DNA from: Clostridia bacterium | Lineage (GTDB): Bacteria; Bacillota; Clostridia; Oscillospirales; CAG-272 | Reading direction: 5' to 3' | DNA length: 64,000 bases | Assembly: GCA_017621475.1 (NCBI GenBank) | Contig: JAGATA010000003.1 | Span: forward strand, 76,072-140,071 | Shown here: one piece after another, positions 47,324-55,483 of the stretch | Position numbering within the stretch: position 1 is the stretch's first letter | How the letters are laid out: every line of letters begins with the position of its first letter | The notes under the pieces: model-generated | The model's database searches: none | The model's input: only the letters and a program-made list of their open reading frames with translations | What the model was told of the DNA's origin: nothing | Position numbers and translations under genes: made by a program

Positions 47324-48379
47324 TTATATATGTTGCAAAGAATTTTTTATAAAAATGAAGCGCTCGTCGTTTGCGATAGACTCAAATAATTTACTTTTAT
47401 TATTTATATAGCGCCAATATTGATGAGAGAGGCTCTCCTCACTGTGCTTTTTAAAGTCTTCTTTTGTTGCCGTCAAGGTATTTACAAGCGGGGAAGTGTG
47501 TCTTATTTTATCGAAGCTTTGAGCTTTTTCAAAATGGGAAAGCATTTTTTCGAGCTCCACAAGTGCTTGTTCGTTTTCGCCGAGCTCCATACTGTCGCAA
47601 GCCATAAAGAAGCAAAGTCTGCCAAGTCTGTCTTCCCAATATCCGAAATCTCCGTCGGGAAAAATAGTATAAAAAATATCGTAAAGGGCTTTTCTCATTT
47701 GATGATTCTCATTTGCGGTGTAAGGAGCATCCTTTCTGTTTAAAAGATAGCTTAACTCAACGTACATCTTGTCGCAAATATTATAAAAGAATTTTTGACA
47801 ATGCTCGGTAAGCTCCTCGCCTTTAAGAATGTGTACCAAAAGGTCGTCATATTCTGGCAGCATTTTTGCATAGCGGAGTGCGTTTCCTTCATCACCGTTT
47901 TCCTTCCAAGAAAAACAGAGCGCTCTTATGGCTCCTAATTTATATTCTGCGTTTTGGGATGAAAGCAGAGTTTCGCCAAGCATTATTATTTCATCAAAAT
48001 TTTCCTTAGCATATCCGTTTTGTAGAGCACGCATAAGATAAAACATTACAGTTTCATCATTGGGGTATTTTTTCTGCATTTCGCGGCAAAGTTTAAGCCG
48101 TTCATCTGTTTTTCCTTCGCTATGTAAGAGGGCATTTTCTTCTGTGAATCTTTTTATTTCTGCTTGTTTTTTGCTTTTGACTATATCTATTTCAAGAAGT
48201 ATATCTGCGCTTACTTCGAAAATGCCTGCAAGGATAGGCAAATGGGAAATATCCGGCGCGGTCTTATCACATTCCCATTGGGAAACGGAATTTGCGGAAA
48301 CTCCCAAATATTCTGCGAGTTGTTCTTGGGTTATATTACGCTCTCTGCGTAATTTTTTGATGGTTGTTCCTATTGACAT
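47324..48379 (-). CDS. XRE-family HTH transcriptional regulator, paralogue of 46125..47291
   Basis: IKKLRRERNITQEQLAEYLGVSANSVSQWE HTH. The C-terminal blocks (IFYTIFPDGDFGYWEDRLGRL, LVELEKMLSHFEKA) align with the neighbour (LYETIFIDGRCGRWHQEIGEL, LVYFDKAFDHFKEY). Confidence 0.8.
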   Translation of the reverse strand: MSIGTTIKKLRRERNITQEQLAEYLGVSANSVSQWECDKTAPDISHLPILAGIFEVSADILLEIDIVKSKKQAEIKRFTEENALLHSEGKTDERLKLCREMQKKYPNDETVMFYLMRALQNGYAKENFDEIIMLGETLLSSQNAEYKLGAIRALCFSWKENGDEGNALRYAKMLPEYDDLLVHILKGEELTEHCQKFFYNICDKMYVELSYLLNRKDAPYTANENHQMRKALYDIFYTIFPDGDFGYWEDRLGRLCFFMACDSMELGENEQALVELEKMLSHFEKAQSFDKIRHTSPLVNTLTATKEDFKKHSEESLSHQYWRYINNKSKLFESIANDERFIFIKNSLQHI

Positions 48380-48402
48380 ATAAAAACCTCCTTTTATTTT
48401 TT

Positions 48403-48416
48403 CAAAAGCGCTTTTG
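48403..48416. promoter_or_regulatory. 14-bp perfect palindrome CAAAAGCGCTTTTG (putative operator) between the -10 and the RBS of the 47324..48379 regulator
   Basis: Identical to the core of the palindrome at 37690..37705. It starts 3 nt downstream of the proximal TATAAT. Confidence 0.5.
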
Positions 48417-48418
48417 TA

Positions 48419-48429
48419 ATTATATTATA
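48419..48429 (-). promoter_or_regulatory. Two overlapping TATAAT -10 hexamers for the 47324..48379 regulator
   Basis: Minus strand reads cTATAATATAATta. Only a weak -35 (TTTTCA) is present. Confidence 0.4.
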
Positions 48430-48523
48430 GGAGAAAATTTTGAAAAATCCCACAAAGTGTTTTGCGAACTTTTGTAAAGACCGGCTTCATTTTTGCAATC
48501 GTTGCTTACAAAAGGGAAGACAC

Positions 48524-48554
48524 AAAAAAACCGAAGCCGTGAGGCTTCGGTTTT
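48524..48554 (-). terminator. Rho-independent terminator of the ABC ATPase gene
   Basis: aaaaccgaagcc / ggcttcggtttt stem, followed on the minus strand by T7. Confidence 0.7.
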
Positions 48555-48565
48555 GGGTATTCTGA

Positions 48566-49738
48566 TTAGTGGCAGATGCACTTTTCTGTATCTTTGTCGA
48601 AGATGTGAACGCGTTCTGTATCGATAGCGATTGTGATTGTGTCACCGCCGCGAGCCTGGGATCTGGGAGATACACGAGCTGTGAGCTTAACTTCGCCGGA
48701 ACGGTCGATAACAACGTTCTTTTTCTTCATCTGAGCTTCATCAATAACAACTTTGTTAGCAACGAGGTAGAGGTAGATTTCAGCACCCATAAGTTCTGTT
48801 ACGTCAACGTAAACGTCGAATGCGGAATCCTTGAGAGCTGCGATCTGAGCGGGTGTGTCAACGATAGCTTCGGGACGAACACCTGCGATAACGTCTTTTC
48901 CGATGTATTCTTTGAGTTCGGGAAGGTTAGCTTTGCCTTCGGGAAGTTTGATCTTAACTTCGCCGAATTCGAGGTATGTACCGTTACCTTCTTTGATGAG
49001 CTTACAGTTGATGAAGTTCATCTGAGGTGTGCCGATAAAGCCTGCAACGAATACATTGCAAGGTGTATCGTAGAGGTTCTGAGGTGTGTCAACCTGCTGG
49101 ATGATACCGTCTTTCATAACAACGATACGAGTAGCCATTGTCATAGCTTCTACCTGGTCGTGTGTTACGTATACGAATGTAGCGCCGAGGGTATTGTGGA
49201 GCTTTGTAATTTCAGTTCTCATGCCTGCACGGAGCTTAGCGTCAAGGTTGGAAAGAGGTTCGTCAAGAAGGAATACCTTGGGTTCACGAACGAGCGCACG
49301 GCCGAGAGCAACACGCTGTTTCTGACCACCGGAAAGAGCCTTCGGGAATCTGTCAAGAAGGTGAGAGATGTCGAGGATACGAGCAGCTTCTTCAACTTTA
49401 CGTTTGATAGTTTCTTTGGGAACTTTGCGGAGTTTAAGACCGAACGCCATATTGTCGAATACTGTCATATGGGGGTAAAGAGCATAGTTCTGGAACACCA
49501 TCGCGATGTCACGGTCTTTGGGGGCAACGTCGTTTACAAGACGGTCGCCGATGTAAAGTTCGCCTTCGGAAATTTCTTCAAGACCGGCGATCATACGAAG
49601 AGTTGTGGATTTACCGCAACCGGAAGGACCAACGAATACGATGAATTCTGTGTCTTTGATTTCAAGACAGAAGTCGGAAACGGCTGTAACACCGCCGGGG
49701 TATTTTTTGTAGATGTGTCTGAGTGATAAGCTTGCCAT
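48566..49738 (-). CDS. Sugar-ABC-transporter ATP-binding protein (MsmX/MalK/UgpC type), stand-alone
   Basis: Walker A GPSGCGKST, LSGGQKQRVALGRAL, Walker B VFLLDEPLSNLD and a C-terminal MalK-like regulatory domain. No permease or SBP gene is adjacent. Confidence 0.85.
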   Translation of the reverse strand: MASLSLRHIYKKYPGGVTAVSDFCLEIKDTEFIVFVGPSGCGKSTTLRMIAGLEEISEGELYIGDRLVNDVAPKDRDIAMVFQNYALYPHMTVFDNMAFGLKLRKVPKETIKRKVEEAARILDISHLLDRFPKALSGGQKQRVALGRALVREPKVFLLDEPLSNLDAKLRAGMRTEITKLHNTLGATFVYVTHDQVEAMTMATRIVVMKDGIIQQVDTPQNLYDTPCNVFVAGFIGTPQMNFINCKLIKEGNGTYLEFGEVKIKLPEGKANLPELKEYIGKDVIAGVRPEAIVDTPAQIAALKDSAFDVYVDVTELMGAEIYLYLVANKVVIDEAQMKKKNVVIDRSGEVKLTARVSPRSQARGGDTITIAIDTERVHIFDKDTEKCICH

Positions 49739-50027
49739 AATAACTCCATTCTCGGCGACAATAAGAAAAGATTTTTTTGACCTCTCAGCCGCCGATGAGA
49801 GGATGAAATATACGGGAAGCCGTTCCCGAGGGGAAATTTAAAAATACGAGAGCGCTGGGGTAAAAATTATAAATTTATTCTTCTTTAATATTATAACAAA
49901 GAAATGTTCATTTTGGAAGATGTTATTTGTCCAATTTTTAAAAAAAATATTTGGGCAATGTGCACAATGACCTCTTAAGTATCAATTTTTTCGCGAAAAA
50001 ATTGCAGATTTTCTAATTTATTAGAAT

Positions 50028-52181
50028 TTAAATGTCCTTCATAGTAAGGCCTATTCTGCCTTTGTTTTTATCGATGCTCTTTATCTTAACGCGAACGTGA
50101 TCGCCGACAGAGAGCGCTTCGCTGGGGTGCTTGATAAACTTTTTGCATATTTCCGAAACGTGAACAAGGCCATCCTGATGAACTCCGATATCGACGAAAG
50201 CGCCGAAGTCTATTACGTTACGTACAACTCCGTTCAGTATCATACCCACCTGAAGATCGTTCATATCGAGAATGTCGCTTCGAAGCTCGGGCGTGGGAAG
50301 ATCCTCTCGGATATCTCTTCCGGGCTTTTCAAGCTCTTTTACAATATCGCGTACCGTGGGCTCGCCCGCGCCGAGCTCTTCTGCGATCTTGTTCATACCG
50401 TAGATCTCGGCTGTTTTTTCAAGTCCTTTGAGGCGGAAGTTTTTAACGTCGTCTTCCGTATATCCGAATTTGGAAATTATCTTCTTTGCAACACCGTAAG
50501 ATTCGGGGTGGATGCCGGTGTTATCCAGAATTTCGGAAGAACCCGAAACTCGCAGGAAGCCCGCGCACTGCTGGAACGCCTTTGCGCCTATCTTGGAGAC
50601 CTTGAGTATTTGAGCGCGGTTTGTGAATTCGCCGTTTTCTTCGCGGTATTTTACGATGTTCTTTGCCGCTGTTGCGTTGATACCCGCGATGTGTTCGAGA
50701 AGGGAGTAGGAGGCTGTATTAACGTCAACACCGACGGAGTTAACGCAATCTTCGACAACGCCCGAAAGCGCTTCGTCAAGACGCGCTTCCTTCATATCGT
50801 GCTGATACTGACCTACACCGATGGATTTTGGGTCGATCTTTACAAGCTCTGCAAGGGAGTCCTGAATTCTTCTGGCTATGGAAACGGCACTGCGCTGTGT
50901 AACGTCGAAATCGGGGAATTCCTCTGCACCGAGCTTGGATGCGGAATAAACGGAGGCACCTGCTTCACTTGTTACGATATATTTTGTTTTTCCGCCGAGC
51001 TCGCGAAGAACTTCGGAAATAAATATCTCACTTTCCTTGGAGGCAGTACCGTTGCCGATGGAAACAACGTCAACATCGTATTTTGTAATAAGCTTTTTAA
51101 CTATTTTTGCAGCTTCTTCTTTTCTTTCTTGAGGTTTTGTAGGATAGATAACGGCGGTATCGAGGACCTTACCCGTTTTATCTACAACTGCGAGCTTGCA
51201 ACCCGTTCTGTAGCCTGGGTCAAGACCAAGAACGGTCTTGTTTTTGATGGGAGCCTGCATAAGAAGATTTTTGAGATTCTGAGAGAAGAGTTTTATCGCG
51301 CCTTCGCTTGCTTTATCGAAAAGGTCGGAGCGAATCTCGCGCTCGATAGAGGGGGCAATAAGGCGGAAATAGCTGTCCGCAACAGCAAAAAGCACATTGT
51401 TATAAGCAGGGCTTTTTACGTTTGTAATAATCATACTTGCAAGATAATTGAGTATTATATCCGCGGAAATATCCACGCTTACTTTAAGAAATTCCTCTTT
51501 TTCGCCACGGTTTATTGCAAGCACGCGGTGGGAGGGGACTGTGGTGAGCTTTTCACTATACTCATAATACATTTCGTAAACGGAAGCTTCTTCCTTTGCT
51601 TTCTTGGAGGAGAGGAAGCCGTATTCATATGTCAGCGCACGTATTTCCTTACGGAAATCTGCATTGTCGGAAATGTCTTCAGCTATAATATCAAGAGCGC
51701 CTGCAACTGCGGACTTTGCATCTTTAACGCCCTTTTCTTCGTTTATGTATTTTTCCGCTTCCTCGTAGAGAGAGGGGGAATATTCGTCTTTTTGCTCCAT
51801 AAAGAGATCTGCAAGAGGCGCAAGACCGCGTTCGCGTGCAACTGACGCTCGTGTTTTGCGTTTCTGCTTGAATGGGCGGTATATGTCTTCTACCTCGGCA
51901 AGTATTTGAGCCGTTTCGAGCGCAGAATCTATTTCTTCCGTCATTTTACCTTGCTCTGTAATTGCGGCGCGCACTTCCTCTTTTCGTTTTTCTAGGTTGC
52001 GAAGGTAATTGAGGCGTTCCTCAAGCGCGCGAAGCTGCTCATCGTCAAGAGAGCCTGTTACTTCTTTTCTGTAACGCGCGATAAAAGGAATAGTGTTTCC
52101 TTCGTCCATAAGTTCAACTGCCGCGCGTATCTGAGTTTCTTTTATAGAAAGCTCTTCTGAAAGCTTTGCGATAATATCCAT
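50028..52181 (-). CDS. tex: Tex-like transcription accessory protein (YqgF and HhH domains, C-terminal S1)
   Basis: Start at MDIIAKL after aggag. IPFIARYRKE, and a C-terminal S1 domain GAFVDIGVHQDGLVHVSE. Confidence 0.9.
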   Translation of the reverse strand: MDIIAKLSEELSIKETQIRAAVELMDEGNTIPFIARYRKEVTGSLDDEQLRALEERLNYLRNLEKRKEEVRAAITEQGKMTEEIDSALETAQILAEVEDIYRPFKQKRKTRASVARERGLAPLADLFMEQKDEYSPSLYEEAEKYINEEKGVKDAKSAVAGALDIIAEDISDNADFRKEIRALTYEYGFLSSKKAKEEASVYEMYYEYSEKLTTVPSHRVLAINRGEKEEFLKVSVDISADIILNYLASMIITNVKSPAYNNVLFAVADSYFRLIAPSIEREIRSDLFDKASEGAIKLFSQNLKNLLMQAPIKNKTVLGLDPGYRTGCKLAVVDKTGKVLDTAVIYPTKPQERKEEAAKIVKKLITKYDVDVVSIGNGTASKESEIFISEVLRELGGKTKYIVTSEAGASVYSASKLGAEEFPDFDVTQRSAVSIARRIQDSLAELVKIDPKSIGVGQYQHDMKEARLDEALSGVVEDCVNSVGVDVNTASYSLLEHIAGINATAAKNIVKYREENGEFTNRAQILKVSKIGAKAFQQCAGFLRVSGSSEILDNTGIHPESYGVAKKIISKFGYTEDDVKNFRLKGLEKTAEIYGMNKIAEELGAGEPTVRDIVKELEKPGRDIREDLPTPELRSDILDMNDLQVGMILNGVVRNVIDFGAFVDIGVHQDGLVHVSEICKKFIKHPSEALSVGDHVRVKIKSIDKNKGRIGLTMKDI

Positions 52182-52322
52182 TTTGTTTTTTCTCCTGTGC
52201 ATATGTTTTTGAGAAAACTCATAAATAATATTTTAACACAATGACAGAAAAAAGTAAATATTCGGCGTGGTAGAATTTTACTTTGCAATTTTGGGCAATA
52301 CGGTTAAAAAGTTAAGTATATC

Positions 52323-52351
52323 TTGATAAATTAAATACCTTGTGATATAAT
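52323..52351 (+). promoter_or_regulatory. Sigma-A promoter
   Basis: TTGATA-17 nt-TATAAT with a TGn extended -10. Confidence 0.55.
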
Positions 52352-52379
52352 GCTAAAATAAAGCAAAAATTTGGAGGCG

Positions 52380-53171
52380 ATGTTTTTGAAAAATTATTGG
52401 ACTCAAAGCAAGGACAACGTGTTTGTTGCCGCACACAGAGGGTGGTCGGAAGCTTATCCCGAAAACACGATGGAAGCTTTTCGTGCCGCCGCAGAGCTTG
52501 GTGTGGATCAGATAGAAACGGATATTCGCGTTACCTCGGACGGTGAGCTTGTGCTTATTCACGATGAAACGGTTGAGCGCACTACGGACGGGCACGGAAA
52601 AGTATGCGAGCTTACGCTTGCACAGATAAAGGCGCTTGATGCGGGCGTAAAGAAAGACGAAAAATTCCGCGGTGCGCGTGTGCCGACATTTATAGAATTT
52701 ATGGAGTATGTAAAGGATCTGCCCGATATTACCATAGATATTGAGCTCAAAGAATATCCTACAGAGGGCAGAGAAGAGATCTCTTTTTCGGTTTGCGACA
52801 GGGTACTTGAAATAGTTGACAGATACGGTTTTACGGACCGTTGCGTTATAAACTCCTTTAGCGGAAAGCTCAATGAATACATTTATAAAAAATACGGCAA
52901 AAAATACAGACAGCACGTCTTTTTCCCGAAAGAGCTTCTTGGCGAATGTACGATAGACCCTTATTCCTACGCTTACTGTGCTTGCATTTTCAGCAATGCA
53001 AAATCGAATTATGATATTTTGAGAAGCTATGGTGTACAGCCTTGGGCGGGCGCCGGTGTTAAGGATGAAGAAACACTTGAGCGTGTTATTAAAAACGGAG
53101 CGGAGCTTATTACCTGCAACAACCCCGACGTTATCCTTTCGCTTCTTCGCGAAAAGGGACTTCATAAATAA
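52380..53171 (+). CDS. Glycerophosphodiester phosphodiesterase family protein
   Basis: ggagg RBS then ATG. AHRG..PENT..AF and ETDIRVTSDGELVLIHDETVERTTDG. Confidence 0.85.
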   Translation: MFLKNYWTQSKDNVFVAAHRGWSEAYPENTMEAFRAAAELGVDQIETDIRVTSDGELVLIHDETVERTTDGHGKVCELTLAQIKALDAGVKKDEKFRGARVPTFIEFMEYVKDLPDITIDIELKEYPTEGREEISFSVCDRVLEIVDRYGFTDRCVINSFSGKLNEYIYKKYGKKYRQHVFFPKELLGECTIDPYSYAYCACIFSNAKSNYDILRSYGVQPWAGAGVKDEETLERVIKNGAELITCNNPDVILSLLREKGLHK

Positions 53172-53200
53172 TTTAATATAGGAAAGCGAATAAAACGATC

Positions 53201-53791
53201 ATGATAATAACATATACTCACGCAGACGGCTTATACATCAATATGACAAATCGTTGCTCCAACGCCTGCGATTTTTGCGTAAGGAGTCACGGCGACACCA
53301 TCTACGGCAACCTTTGGCTTGACAGAGAGCCGACTGTTGAAGAAATAAAAGAAAGCATTTTTTCTCACGACCTGTCAAACTTTTCGGAAATAGTTTTTTG
53401 CGGATACGGAGAGCCAACGGTAAGGCTTTCCGATATGCTTGAAATAGCAAAGGTTATCCGCGAAAAGACGGATATATCTATCCGCGTGAATACTAACGGA
53501 CACAGCGATCTTATTGCAGGAAGGGCTACTGCGGCGGATTTTGCGGGGCTTTTCGATGTGGTGTCCATAAGCCTTAATACCTCCGACCCGAAAATTTATG
53601 ATGAAATGTGTCTTCCCAAATACGAGGGAGCACACAAGGCTCTTATCGATTTTGCGGCAAGCGTTAAAAAATACGTTCCGCGCGTTGTCCTTTCCGTTGT
53701 TGATACAACGATCTCTCCTGAGGATATAGAAAAATGCCGCGAAATTGCGAATAATATCGGTGTGGAATTCCGCTTGAGAGAATATATTTAA
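53201..53791 (+). CDS. Small radical SAM protein (TatD-associated radical SAM type)
   Basis: LYINMTNRCSNACDFCVR carries CX3CX2C. 196 aa with no SPASM/twitch Cys cluster. Confidence 0.75.
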   Translation: MIITYTHADGLYINMTNRCSNACDFCVRSHGDTIYGNLWLDREPTVEEIKESIFSHDLSNFSEIVFCGYGEPTVRLSDMLEIAKVIREKTDISIRVNTNGHSDLIAGRATAADFAGLFDVVSISLNTSDPKIYDEMCLPKYEGAHKALIDFAASVKKYVPRVVLSVVDTTISPEDIEKCREIANNIGVEFRLREYI

Positions 53792-53807
53792 TTTCGGAGG
53801 TGATTTT

Positions 53808-53990
53808 ATGGCAGGCAGTTCAAAATGCGAATCTTGCGAATACTACGATTATGATGAGCTTACCGAAACATACCAATGCATGATGTCGCTTGACGAGGAT
53901 GAGATGGTAAAGTTCCTCGGCAGGCGCACGTCGGAATGCCCTTATTTCAAATTTTACGATGAATACAAAAGCGTGCAGAAGCAAAACTGA
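53808..53990 (+). CDS. 60-aa acidic four-Cys protein (zinc-ribbon-like; I recall this as a DUF6472-type family)
   Basis: ggagg RBS 8 nt upstream. CESC..C..C pattern with DEDEM and CPYFKFYDEY. Terminator immediately after. Confidence 0.55.
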   Translation: MAGSSKCESCEYYDYDELTETYQCMMSLDEDEMVKFLGRRTSECPYFKFYDEYKSVQKQN

Positions 53991-53991
53991 G

Positions 53992-54017
53992 AAAAGAAGC
54001 GGGAAACCGCTTCTTTT
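53992..54017 (+). terminator. Rho-independent terminator
   Basis: aaaagaagcgg / ccgcttctttt stem with gaaa loop. Confidence 0.7.
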
Positions 54018-54127
54018 GCGTTACAAAGGTAAATTAAATTTGAACAAATCAAAGTTTGCTTGACAGGGATAAAATGAAATGATATTATATATAATATCAG
54101 AAGAAATAAAAAGGAAGATTTTAAATT

Positions 54128-55003
54128 ATGAAGAAGATTATATCTGCGTTTTTAGCGCTTTCCTTGACGGTTATGGTTTTGGTATCGTGTTCTTCGGGAA
54201 TTTCCGTGCCTTATTATACGCTTGCAATGGATAATTACGGCGAAAACGTGTTCGATGCCTACGATGCCGTTAATGAAATGATAACTTATTATAAGGACGG
54301 CGAAGCGGTCTATGGATATTCTCTCTATATGGAAATATCCAAGGATAAATCGTTTGCTTACAATATTTATGAAACGGCAGGCGACTATACTCTTATTGGG
54401 CATGAGGGTGAGCTTTATTCCGTGAAAGATGGAAAAATGCACGCCATACTCCAGGCAGATAAGAACACATATTTTGATTATGTAAAAAATTATGAAAAGC
54501 GTGACCATATTCTTGATCAGGGGGAAAAATATCAGAAATATTCCAAACCGCTTGAAAATGACGGTACAGAAGTTTCATACTATGCTAAAGTAACTCCTAT
54601 CATTGCCGCTGATCTTTACGAATACGGCATCACGGAAAATGACCGTATAGTATCCACGTACACGCTTGATAAGGACAGATATTATCAAAATATCGTTTAC
54701 AGCGTGGAGCACAGCGACGGCACGCAGGAAAAGATAGCTGAAAGAAAATTTGAATACGGTACGGTCAGAGACGTATTTGAAAAAGTACCCTCACTTTCAG
54801 ATACTGTTGATGTTACCATCGTTTATTACAATGGCACGATAAACGAGATAAGAGACACATATAAAGTTCCCAAGGGCTTATACATCGGTATAGATGCAGG
54901 GGAAGAGAAGGTCTCTTTCTACACTGACGCTTCCTTTGAAACAGAGTTTGATTTTGAAAATGCTGTTGCAGAAAATAGTATGGTAATTTACGCGAAAAAA
55001 TAA
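54128..55003 (+). CDS. Hypothetical lipoprotein
   Basis: Signal peptide with lipobox LVSCSS. 291 aa with no recognisable motif. Confidence 0.6.
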   Translation: MKKIISAFLALSLTVMVLVSCSSGISVPYYTLAMDNYGENVFDAYDAVNEMITYYKDGEAVYGYSLYMEISKDKSFAYNIYETAGDYTLIGHEGELYSVKDGKMHAILQADKNTYFDYVKNYEKRDHILDQGEKYQKYSKPLENDGTEVSYYAKVTPIIAADLYEYGITENDRIVSTYTLDKDRYYQNIVYSVEHSDGTQEKIAERKFEYGTVRDVFEKVPSLSDTVDVTIVYYNGTINEIRDTYKVPKGLYIGIDAGEEKVSFYTDASFETEFDFENAVAENSMVIYAKK

Positions 55004-55026
55004 TTAAAAAAACTTTTAAAAAAGTG

Positions 55027-55055
55027 TTGACAAACTCAAAGTAATGTGATATACT
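55027..55055 (+). promoter_or_regulatory. Sigma-A promoter of the tRNA-Thr/tRNA-Tyr pair
   Basis: TTGACA-17 nt-TATACT with a TGn extended -10. Confidence 0.65.
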
Positions 55056-55100
55056 TAATGCCGTCGCAAGGGAGAACACCTCGCGGCGGCAATTAAATAA

Positions 55101-55175
55101 GCTGGTGTGGCTCAATGGCAGAGCAGCTGATTTGTAATCAGCAGGTTGATGGTTCGACTCCGTTCACCAGCTCCA
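55101..55175 (+). tRNA. tRNA-Thr (anticodon TGT), CCA encoded
   Basis: Manual cloverleaf: GCTGGTG acceptor, GCTGA-TTTGTAA-TCAGC anticodon arm, GATGG-TTCGACT-CCGTT T-arm. Confidence 0.9.
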
Positions 55176-55260
55176 GGGAGCGTTCCCGAGTGGCCAAAGG
55201 GGGCAGACTGTAAATCTGTTGTCAGTGACTTCGGTGGTCCGAATCCACCCGCTCCCACCA
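55176..55260 (+). tRNA. tRNA-Tyr (anticodon GTA), long variable arm, CCA encoded
   Basis: Manual cloverleaf: GGGAGCG acceptor, GCAGA-CTGTAAA-TCTGT anticodon arm, 13-nt variable arm, GGTGG-TCCGAAT-CCACC T-arm. Confidence 0.85.
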
Positions 55261-55261
55261 G

Positions 55262-55300
55262 AAAAGACCGTCAATCTTGATAAAAGATTGACGGTCTTTT
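55262..55300 (+). terminator. Rho-independent terminator of the tRNA pair
   Basis: 17-bp perfect stem aaaagaccgtcaatctt / aagattgacggtctttt with a 5-nt loop. Confidence 0.8.
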
Positions 55301-55483
55301 CAGTTAAATCCGCCTTTAGGGGCGGAATAGATCATTTTATGATGAAATCTGCTAATGCGCAGATGAAATCGCCTGTGTAAGAAAAATCCTCATTTTCTCG
55401 ATCAACACCGCAAAGCAAAATCAAGATAAATAAATTTTTGCTTTTTTTATAAACAAAGCTGCGAAAATATAAGGAGCATATTT

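Noticed and set aside
50097-51845. 582-aa ORF on the plus strand
   Set aside because: It is the codon-aligned antisense shadow of tex.
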